Assembly (NCBI GenBank): GCA_963700775.1
Contig: CAVOYU010000004.1
Span: 15,066 to 79,065 of the forward strand
Source of the DNA: an uncultured Pseudomonadota bacterium
GTDB taxonomy: Bacteria; Pseudomonadota; Alphaproteobacteria; Rhodobacterales; Rhodobacteraceae
Direction: 5' to 3'
Length of the DNA: 64,000 bases
This document shows, in pieces, positions 9,633 to 17,218 of this stretch (positions are counted from its first letter, which is position 1; every line of letters begins with the position of its first letter). The notes under the pieces were generated by a model. The model was not told the origin of the DNA and searched no databases. It saw only the letters and a program-made list of their open reading frames with translations. A program made the translations under genes and the position numbers.

Positions 9633-10769
9633 CTACCCCACCACCATCTCCAGCGGCATCCGGCTGAGGCGCTCGGCGCCTCGCTCGGTCACCAGCGAGG
9701 TGCGGCCCAGCGTCATGGCGGTGCCGGTATCGGAATCCATCAGGATCATGTGCAGGAAGAAAACCATGCCCGGCTCCATCGCCGTGGGTGCGCCCTCGTA
9801 GAACATCTGATCCTCCATCCAGGAGGGCGAGAAGCGGGGACCGAGCGAGTAACCGCAGGCGTTGAGCCGGTGGGCGCCCATGCCCGCCTCGTCGAGCACC
9901 CGCGCATGGGCGGCGAAGACGTCCGCCATGGGTCGGCCGGGCTTCAGCGCGCCCTCGCAGGCGGCGAGCGCCGCTTGCGCCGCGGACTGCATCTGCCGGT
10001 GCTGCGGGCGCGGATCGCCAATGACGATCGTCTTCATGTTGGCGGCATGGTAGTGGCGGTAGGTCCCCGCCCATTCCAGCGTGAGCTGGTCGTTCGCATC
10101 CAGCCTCCGCCGCCCGGACTGGTAGCGGCAGAGCAGCGCGTGCTGGCCCGAGCCGATGATGAACTCGTTGCCCGGATAGTCGCCGCCGGCGGAGAAGATC
10201 GCGTCGTGCATGGCGCCGAGGATCGCGCCCTCGTCAGCCCCGGCATGGGCGCGGGCGGCGGCGGCATCCCAGGCGAGGTCGGAAAGCTCGGCGGCCTTGC
10301 GGACATAGGCGATCTCGGCCGGGGACTTCACCAGCCGCAGGAGGCCCATCAGGTCCGAGGCCTCGACCAGCGCCGGCAGCCTCGCCGCCAGCCGGGCGCC
10401 GTGGTGGTGGACCAGTCCCTGCGTCCGGGTCTCCCAGCCGATGCGCTTGCCGGCGAGGCCGAGACCGGAGAGCAGCGCCACGAGGTCTTCGGTCGGATCG
10501 GCCCCGGCCCGATCCTTCCAGATCCGGATGTCCCGGATGTTCGAGGTGAGCTGCGCCTGGCGCAGGTCGGCCGAGCGGGTCAGCAGCACCGGATCGCGGT
10601 CGCTGACCACCAGGCACTGGAAGAAGCAGTAGCCGAAGGTGTCGTAGCCGGTCAGCCAGAACTGGCTCTCGGGCGCGAACAGCAGCATCACGTCGAGCCC
10701 CCGACGGCCCATTTCGGCACGGGTGCGCGCCATGCGGCCGGAGAACTCCTCGGCGGTGAAGTGAAGCAT
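9633..10769 (-). CDS. M24 family (Xaa-Pro peptidase/creatinase-like) hydrolase
   Basis: WLTGYD, RLVKSPAEI, GYSLG, PGMVFFLH; creatinase-N plus pita-bread architecture. Confidence 0.85.
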   Translation of the reverse strand: MLHFTAEEFSGRMARTRAEMGRRGLDVMLLFAPESQFWLTGYDTFGYCFFQCLVVSDRDPVLLTRSADLRQAQLTSNIRDIRIWKDRAGADPTEDLVALLSGLGLAGKRIGWETRTQGLVHHHGARLAARLPALVEASDLMGLLRLVKSPAEIAYVRKAAELSDLAWDAAAARAHAGADEGAILGAMHDAIFSAGGDYPGNEFIIGSGQHALLCRYQSGRRRLDANDQLTLEWAGTYRHYHAANMKTIVIGDPRPQHRQMQSAAQAALAACEGALKPGRPMADVFAAHARVLDEAGMGAHRLNACGYSLGPRFSPSWMEDQMFYEGAPTAMEPGMVFFLHMILMDSDTGTAMTLGRTSLVTERGAERLSRMPLEMVVG

Positions 10770-11180
10770 GGGTCCCCTTTGCGAAGCGCGTGTCGAAGCG
10801 GCGTGTCAAAGCGTCATGCGACACAGGAACCGTTTCCGGACCCGCAGTCAACGGCGCCGCGGGCCGGGGAAATCCGCAAGTTCGCAGAGGCAGGGTCGCG
10901 TTCCCGAGGCGCGCAACCGATGCATCAAGCGGCTCTGGCCCGGCGGGGCGACAGGTCCAGCCAGCGGACAGAACTATGGGAAACCGTCAGGCAGGACGGG
11001 CCGGCGGGCTAGGTTCAGGCGCCACAGGCATCGTGGCGCGCTACGAGCCGCACACCGTACCGCCGGTGGAAGGACAAAGGAACTATGAAATGACTGGCGA
11101 CCGATCTCAATTCAGACCGGTCGCCCCCTCTTCGATACAGGCGTAGGTTCTCCGTGGAAGAAAATCCGCCAGAGACGGGC

Positions 11181-11429
11181 TTAGGTGTTGTTGCCCGGTG
11201 TGCCCGGTCCGGTCCCGACTCCGTCGTTTACCGGCGGATTCCCGGGGGGCTGGCCGTCGATGCCGTTGCCGACACCGTTGTTGCCCTTCGGCCCGCCGCC
11301 CGTCGATCTGGCGATCGCCGGAGAGCTGAGCGACGTCGACAGCAGCACTGTCATCGCCGGCGGCACGGTGAGGGCGAACCGCCCACTGGATTTGAGGAAG
11401 TCACGTCTATCACGATCTGGGCTTGACAT
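11181..11429 (-). CDS. Small putative precursor peptide A (82 aa): Tat-like leader plus Gly/Asn/Pro-rich core
   Basis: GGGAG RBS; RRDFLK...AIA leader identical over 35 aa to 14000..14227. Confidence 0.85.
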   Translation of the reverse strand: MSSPDRDRRDFLKSSGRFALTVPPAMTVLLSTSLSSPAIARSTGGGPKGNNGVGNGIDGQPPGNPPVNDGVGTGPGTPGNNT

Positions 11430-11471
11430 ACTGGAACACTCCCAATTGAGCCACTTTTCTAGAAGCTTGGA

Positions 11472-11518
11472 AGATTAGCCTTTTTTTGGCCAAAATGCAA
11501 TGCGCTCCGGTTGAGCGA
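11472..11518 (-). promoter_or_regulatory. Putative sigma70 promoter (TTGCAT-N17-TAATCT) with upstream TCGCTCAACCG box for peptide A
   Basis: Same box and similar -35/-10 layout recur upstream of peptide B at matching distance. Confidence 0.55.
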
Positions 11519-11710
11519 CCCTCAGCATGCTCTACTTGGGGTTGTACGGCGGGTTGTACGGCCGCAGGGCCTGATTGCGGGCGGCGCCCCGGGGAACGGT
11601 GCGGAAAGCCACCCTCAAGACCCGGCGGGCGATGCGCCGGACAGACGGCTTCACGGTCTTTCGGGGGCGGTCGAGCCAGGCCGCAACGACAGCGATGCGC
11701 CGCGGTGCAT

Positions 11711-12781
11711 TCAGAGCTTTCCCATCCTTGTGGAGTCGAAGAAGGTCCTGATCCTGCTACGGATTCTGGCGATCAGGTCATGGCGCCCGCTGTGCAGGGC
11801 TTCGTGCCAGATCCGCCTGATCAGCTTCAGGGGCGGGATTGGCGGGTCCAGCAACGCGGACACCGCGGTTCCGGGCAGCGTGATTCCGGGCCATCTCGCC
11901 TGCAGCAGCCTGCGCCGGAACTGGATGTCGGCCCGCCAACCGCGGCGCAGCTCCCGGGGCACGGGGAGGTCGAGCAGGCCGTGAAGCGTGCGGCAGTATG
12001 TGCGCAGTGCAGATTTCGGAACGCCGGCCGGAAAGAGGGAGTCGAGCAGCGGCCAGTCGACACCTTCCGGGGATTCGATCAGGGTCGCGGCATCGAACAG
12101 ATGACGGATGTCGACATGGCCGCGCCAGTAGTCGCGGTCCCGCAACTGGTCGTGGGCGACGAGAACCGCCAGCTGCATGGTCGGTGACGGGAGCCACGCG
12201 CTGCCATCGCCGAGCTCCACCAGTTTGGCGCCCCTTTGCAGGGTATCGAAATCGAATTGCAGAGGGACGGAATAGAACTGGTCGTGCAGGTCGATCGACC
12301 CTGCGTCCTTCGAGCGGGAGAGCGCCGCTGCGGACGGAGCCAGCCCCGCCTCCTGATCGCGCACATACCCGATCGCCTGCAAAGCGGCGAACGCATCGGG
12401 AAGCTCGCGCGGGGGCACCAGCAGGTCGATGTCCGCGAGGATGCGGCCAGCGTGGCGCCGATTTCCCGGGGCGCCGAGGATCGCCGCGCCCTTGATCAGC
12501 AGGGGCCGCACGCCGGCCCGGTTGAGCTGCCCGGCGGCCTCGCACAGTTGCGTCATCATCAGGGTGTTTCGCTCGGCCGCGCTATCGAGTACCGCCTGAA
12601 GGAATTCCTGAACGTCATCCGGAAGCGACGGGAATGCCCCGCTCTGCCTCAGGCGCTCCGCCATGGTGGCCGTGACGAGGCTGTTGTTGGCGGCAGCCAT
12701 GATCTCCATCCAGTCGGCTTCCGCAGGCGGCTTGCCGGAGACGGCGGCCACAAGGGTCCGGAGGATCGATGGGTCACGCAT
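11711..12781 (-). CDS. Nucleotidyltransferase family protein (NTP_transf_5-like)
   Basis: LLIKGAA...GRILADIDLLV signature, IDLH; start overlaps the kinase stop. Confidence 0.85.
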   Translation of the reverse strand: MRDPSILRTLVAAVSGKPPAEADWMEIMAAANNSLVTATMAERLRQSGAFPSLPDDVQEFLQAVLDSAAERNTLMMTQLCEAAGQLNRAGVRPLLIKGAAILGAPGNRRHAGRILADIDLLVPPRELPDAFAALQAIGYVRDQEAGLAPSAAALSRSKDAGSIDLHDQFYSVPLQFDFDTLQRGAKLVELGDGSAWLPSPTMQLAVLVAHDQLRDRDYWRGHVDIRHLFDAATLIESPEGVDWPLLDSLFPAGVPKSALRTYCRTLHGLLDLPVPRELRRGWRADIQFRRRLLQARWPGITLPGTAVSALLDPPIPPLKLIRRIWHEALHSGRHDLIARIRSRIRTFFDSTRMGKL

Positions 12782-13907
12782 GGTCGGTCAGTTCTCGCAG
12801 CAATCGCACGGCGTCCGAAAGATCCGAGTAATGCAGGTCCCGGCATTCGGCGTTCGCAACGAGGTCCGTGATCGCGTGCATGCATTCGACGGAGGCTTGC
12901 CCCGACGGGGCGAACCCCTCGCTCATCAGCGCGGAAAGCGTTTCGCGAGCGTCGAGCGGGACGAGCCCCGGCGCCTGTCGGTCACGTTTCACCCGGACGA
13001 TCCATCGCACCGCGACCTCGGTGTCGCAGATGTCTTGCGGGGGAGGGATGAAACGGACGCGCTGATCATCGAGCCTCTCGAGAATTGGCAGGTCCCGCAG
13101 ATCATAACCGATCCGCTCGAGTATTGGCCAGGAACCTTGCTTCGCCGTCGGCGCGAACTGAACGCCTCGGACACGGCCGCCAGGCAGGAGCAGGGAGACG
13201 TCGTCCGCCGCATAGCGGAATCCGGCGGCCATCAGGCCGAGTGTGAGAGTGGACTTGCCCGCGCCCGGCGGACCGACCAGCAGCAGGCCGCCGCCGCGGA
13301 CAAGGCAGGCGACGTGGAGCGCCGCGAGGCAATCCGCCGCCTCGATCACCTGCTGGAACAGCAGGGCCTTGAGGGCGGGGCCGGCCTGATCGCGGGTGAC
13401 GACGGCGGCCGGCGCGAAGTCGGGGCCGACCACCACCATGCCGCCGCCCGCCTCGGCTACCAGACAGGCTTCGCCCTGCCCCGCCGCAGCGGTCTCCAGA
13501 TGCCGGAAGATCGGAGCGATCAGGCCGCGAAGATCGGCGTTCGCGTAGCCGATGTCGAAACGGACGCCACCGGCCTCGATGGAGTGAAGGTCATCGCGGC
13601 AAGTGTCCGACGGGATCTCCGCGCGGATCAGGCCGCGCCGGGACCAGTCGGCGAGGACCTTCATGGCCCACTCCGAAGCCTCCTCGACGCTGCTACCGGT
13701 GGACGCCAGGTCCTCCACGATACCGTCCAGCGTCGTCCCCCGCTGGACATGGCGCGCGAAGAACGCGGCGGCCGCATCGAGCTCGAAGAGCTGCTGCTCG
13801 GCCGCGCTGAAGAGGATTTCGCTCTCGCCAAGGGAAAGGAGGGTCGCCTGTCCCGAAAACCGGTAGACGATCCTGCCCGATGACTGGCAAGGGGACCGGG
13901 GTGCCAA
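12774..13907 (-). CDS. PqqD/RRE-like domain fused to HPr-kinase-related P-loop kinase
   Basis: N-terminal QQLFELDAAAAFF...LADWSRRGLI (PqqD-like); ALHVAC, Walker A GPPGAGKST, YAADD; GAGGAG RBS before TTG 13907. Confidence 0.8.
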   Translation of the reverse strand: MAPRSPCQSSGRIVYRFSGQATLLSLGESEILFSAAEQQLFELDAAAAFFARHVQRGTTLDGIVEDLASTGSSVEEASEWAMKVLADWSRRGLIRAEIPSDTCRDDLHSIEAGGVRFDIGYANADLRGLIAPIFRHLETAAAGQGEACLVAEAGGGMVVVGPDFAPAAVVTRDQAGPALKALLFQQVIEAADCLAALHVACLVRGGGLLLVGPPGAGKSTLTLGLMAAGFRYAADDVSLLLPGGRVRGVQFAPTAKQGSWPILERIGYDLRDLPILERLDDQRVRFIPPPQDICDTEVAVRWIVRVKRDRQAPGLVPLDARETLSALMSEGFAPSGQASVECMHAITDLVANAECRDLHYSDLSDAVRLLRELTDHA

Positions 13908-13999
13908 GGCGTGTCTCCTCACGGACGACCGTTCTTCGAAGCGCGTGAGCCTCGTTGGCCCGGGTTTCCCGGTCCCCAATGCCGTCAGGCGGGGTCGAT

Positions 14000-14227
14000 T
14001 TACCGCTGGCGCCGGCGCTTGACGCGGCGCATCCGGATGCGCCGCCGCCGCGACTTGCCAACCGTAGTCGCGCCGGTGCCCCCGCTATGGGTCCCGCCAG
14101 ACGACCTGGCGATCGCCGGCGAGCTGAGCGACGTGGAGAGCAAGACGGTCATTGCGGGTGGGACGGTGAGGGCGAAGCGCCCGCTCGACTTCAGGAAGTC
14201 GCGTCTTTCATGGTTTGGGGCCGACAT
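14000..14227 (-). CDS. Small putative precursor peptide B (75 aa): Tat-like leader, Ser/Thr/Gly segment and Arg-rich tail
   Basis: AGGAG RBS; leader identical to peptide A. Confidence 0.85.
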   Translation of the reverse strand: MSAPNHERRDFLKSSGRFALTVPPAMTVLLSTSLSSPAIARSSGGTHSGGTGATTVGKSRRRRIRMRRVKRRRQR

Positions 14228-14243
14228 ACTCGTAGACTCCTAG

Positions 14244-15089
14244 GGTTGAGACTGATTCAGACCCAGAATGCGATGAGAGTAGCGAGCGCGACGGCGGAGA
14301 GGAAGTTGCGGGCGAGCTTGTCGTAACGGGTGGCAATGCGTCTGAAGTCCTTCAGTCGGCAGAATGCGGCCTCGATGCGCCATCGGCTGCGGTAGCGGAT
14401 CTTGTCATGCCGGATCGGCTTCTTCCGGTTGCAGCGGCCGGGGATGACGGTCAGCGTTCCGGTGGCTCTCAGGCGCTTGCGCAAGGTGTTGGCGTCATAT
14501 CCCTTGTCGGCGATGAGGCAGCGCACCGGACCTGCCGCATCCATCAGTTCGCCGGCCATGGTGACATCGGCGACGTTGCCCGGGGTGAGGCGGAGGATGG
14601 CCGGGCGGCCCAGAAGGTCGGTTACCGCATGGATTTTCGTGGTCTGGCCGCCGCGTGAGGGACCGATCGCCTGCGCCTTCGCCCCCCTTTACCGCCATGG
14701 GCGGAGCGATGGGCTTTCACATAGGTGGAGTTGATCGAGGCGGAGAGCGCAAGCACGCCTTTGGCGACCAGGGCATCGAGGATGTCAGTCCATATCCGGC
14801 GCCGGGACCAGCGGTTGAAGCGATTGTAGATGGTGGTCGGCGGGCCGTACCGGGCGGGGCAGTCCTTCCAGCGGCAGCCGGCCTTCAGCACATGCAGAAT
14901 GCCGCTGATCACCCGGCGGTCGTCCACCCGCCGCGCGCCCGGCTGGTTCTTCGGCAGATGCGGCTCGATCGCCGCCCATGCATCATCGCTTAACCAGAAT
15001 AGACCCCTCATCCCCGCCTCCGGCATGAAACTCGAAGGCAGAGAATCTGATTTGCTAAGCCAGTTCAAGCACCTGATTGGGTTCTGACC
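14244..15089 (-). mobile_element. IS5-family insertion sequence (~846 bp, IS427-like split transposase)
   Basis: CTAG direct repeats at 14240-14243 and 15090-15093; weak terminal IRs (GGTTGAGACTGATTCAG / GGTCAGAACCCAATCAG); two transposase ORFs. Confidence 0.9.
14257..15011 (-). CDS. IS5-family transposase in two frames joined at an AAAGGGGGG slippery site (~14682-14690); probably inactive
   Basis: FWLSDDAW..IEPHLP, TTIYNRFNRW, ADKGYD, RRIATRYDKLARNF; INST in place of the catalytic IDST. Confidence 0.85.
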
Positions 15090-15119
15090 CTAGGAAAGCT
15101 ACAACTGTAGACCACCTCA

Positions 15120-15165
15120 ATACTAGACATTCCTATAAAAAAAGCAAGGCATATCGGTTGAGCGA
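15120..15165 (-). promoter_or_regulatory. Putative original promoter of the peptide B operon (TTGCTT-N16-TAGTAT plus TCGCTCAACCG box), displaced by the IS
   Basis: Matches the motif upstream of peptide A; 78 vs 79 nt from ATG once the IS is removed. Confidence 0.55.
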
Positions 15166-15422
15166 TGTCCTGCGACCTATATCTCTGGTTGAAATGGCAG
15201 GCAGCGCAGTCAGGAGCAGAGGAACGTCCAGGTTTCTACTTGAAACGAACATGCCCGGGGAGCCGGTGTGACCGCTGGCCGGTGAGGCCCCAAAAACCGC
15301 GGGCAAGCGCTTGGCTGGCCGGCTGCACAGCGACAATCGGCGCCGCCTCCATCGCGGCACGCGCTTGGACACGACGTCAGCCGGTAATGCCTTTACGAGG
15401 GCGATCTGCCGGGGCCTCACAG

Positions 15423-16172
15423 CTAGAGCGCGATCGCCGCGACCAGCCGCCCGTAGTCCGTCTCGCCGCGGTGGCAGGCGCGGCGGTAGCTGAAGAAGCG
15501 GGCCTCGTCCGAATAGGTGCAGTGGCCGGTCCACTCGGCGGCGACTTCGGCGTCGCGCAGCCGGTGGAGGCAAAAGCCCGGCAGATCGAACATCGACCGG
15601 TCGCCGGTGCCGCCGGCGAAGAAGCGGGAGAAACCCCCGTCCTCGTCGAGGAACCGCGCGACGAATTCCGGGCCGACCTCGTAGGCGCGCTGGGAGATCA
15701 CCGGTCCGACGGCGGCGGCGATCCGGTCGCGGCGGGCGCCCAGACCTTCCATGGCGGCGACGGTGGACTCGAGGATGCCGGCCAGCGCTCCCTTCCAGCC
15801 CGCATGGGCCGCGCCCACCACCCCGGCCTCGCGGTCGGCGAACAGCACCGGGGCGCAGTCCGCGGTGAGGATGGCGAGGCCGATTCCGGGGCGGTTGGTC
15901 ACCATCGCGTCCGCCCTGGGCTTCGGTCCGGGCCAGGGTCCGGTCACCGGCTCGGCCCGGTCGCTGTGGATCTGATGCACCGAGACGAGCCGATCCACCC
16001 CCAGATGCCGCGAGATCCGCGTGCGGTTCGCATGCACCGACTGGGCGGTGTCGCGCGAGCCCTGCCCGCCGTTGAGCGTCGCGTAGATGCCGGTCGAGAC
16101 GCCGCCCTCGCGGGTGTAGAAGCCGTGGCGGACGCCGCCGAGGCTGTCGGCGCGGATCGGAGTGAGGGTCAT
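15423..16172 (-). CDS. pgeF: Peptidoglycan editing factor PgeF (YfiH)
   Basis: HGFYTREGGVS, HQIHS, LTADCAPV, AHAGWKG, FFSYRR. Confidence 0.92.
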   Translation of the reverse strand: MTLTPIRADSLGGVRHGFYTREGGVSTGIYATLNGGQGSRDTAQSVHANRTRISRHLGVDRLVSVHQIHSDRAEPVTGPWPGPKPRADAMVTNRPGIGLAILTADCAPVLFADREAGVVGAAHAGWKGALAGILESTVAAMEGLGARRDRIAAAVGPVISQRAYEVGPEFVARFLDEDGGFSRFFAGGTGDRSMFDLPGFCLHRLRDAEVAAEWTGHCTYSDEARFFSYRRACHRGETDYGRLVAAIAL

Positions 16173-17218
16173 GCTGTCTCCTCGAAGCCGGGCGGCTGCG
16201 CCTGCCCGGCGGGCCAGGCCGCGAGCGCCTTGAAGAGGGTCCCCATCTGGCCCGGCGCCGTCAAGCGCTCCAGTGCGTCGGCGACCGCATCCGCCTCGTC
16301 GGGCCGGGCCTCGGCGAGCCGGGCGGCGCGCTGGCCGATGCCGAGCCGGGAAAGGAAGGCGCCCTGGGGGGCAATGGCGGCGGAGAGGGGGGCGAGCGTC
16401 GCGGCGAGGCTGTCGAAGTCGATCAGCCAGGTCAGGTCGGCCTCGCCGGGCGCATCGAGCGGATCGGCGGGGGCGTGTCGGCGGAGCGCCTGAAGGGTGG
16501 GGCCTGCGGGGCGGTCGGCGGCGCAGTAGCCGTAGTCGACGAAGAGCGCCGCGCCGCCATGGGTGGCGATCCGGGAGGCCGTCTGCCGGGCAATGCTGTC
16601 GGCGGCGGCGGATTCCTCGCGCCAGGCGCCCTCGGGCGCAGCGCCCGTGCCGGGGAGCGGTGCCGAGAGGCCCCAGGCGAGGCGGCCTTCCGCAAGCCCG
16701 ACCCGCTTCTCGCGCCAACCCCGCTCGGTCGCGAGATACTGGCGCACCGGCAGGGCATCGAGAAACTCGTTGGCGACAAGGAAGGCCGGCGCCTCGGGCA
16801 CGTCCTCGAGGCGGGAGGCCCATTGTGCCTGCGGCAGCCGCGCGGCCTGCTCGGCGCGGAGCCGGGGCGAGGTTTCGACCAGCCAGAGCTGCGCGGCTCC
16901 GGCGAAGTCCGGCATCGTCCGGGCGGCGCGGAGCGCGTCCGCCATCAGGGTGCCGCGGCCGGGGCCGAGTTCGACCAGCAGGAAGGGCGCCGGGCGGCCG
17001 GCGTCGACCCAGGCCCGTGCCAGCCAAAGGCCGATCATCTCGCCGAACATCTGGCTGATCTCGGGGGCGGTGGTGAAGTCGCCCGCCGCGCCGAGCGGAT
17101 CACGGGTGATATAGTAGCCGTGCCGCGGGTGGCCGAGGCAGAGCGCCATGTAGTCCGCCACCGACATCGGCCCCGCCTGCCGGATCTGCTCCCGGATCAG
17201 GGCCGCGAGCGGGGTCAC
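16169..17218 (-). CDS. SAM-dependent methyltransferase, MidA/NDUFAF7 family
   Basis: GDFTTAPEISQMFGE, ELGPGRGTLM, ANEFLDALP, MGTLFK. Confidence 0.92.
   Translation of the reverse strand: MTPLAALIREQIRQAGPMSVADYMALCLGHPRHGYYITRDPLGAAGDFTTAPEISQMFGEMIGLWLARAWVDAGRPAPFLLVELGPGRGTLMADALRAARTMPDFAGAAQLWLVETSPRLRAEQAARLPQAQWASRLEDVPEAPAFLVANEFLDALPVRQYLATERGWREKRVGLAEGRLAWGLSAPLPGTGAAPEGAWREESAAADSIARQTASRIATHGGAALFVDYGYCAADRPAGPTLQALRRHAPADPLDAPGEADLTWLIDFDSLAATLAPLSAAIAPQGAFLSRLGIGQRAARLAEARPDEADAVADALERLTAPGQMGTLFKALAAWPAGQAQPPGFEETA

Noticed and set aside
9633-10769. Calling the M24 enzyme EutD/DoeA to complete the eutBC pathway
   Set aside because: Same fold, but 43 kb away, and orthology cannot be established without a search
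11181-14227. Lasso peptide or PQQ biosynthesis cluster
   Set aside because: No asparagine-synthetase-like cyclase, B2 peptidase or pqqBCE genes, and the precursors lack lasso or PqqA features
10800-15420. Integrative element boundaries around the peptide cluster
   Set aside because: No tRNA, integrase or flanking direct repeats found by eye; only AT-richer intergenic DNA
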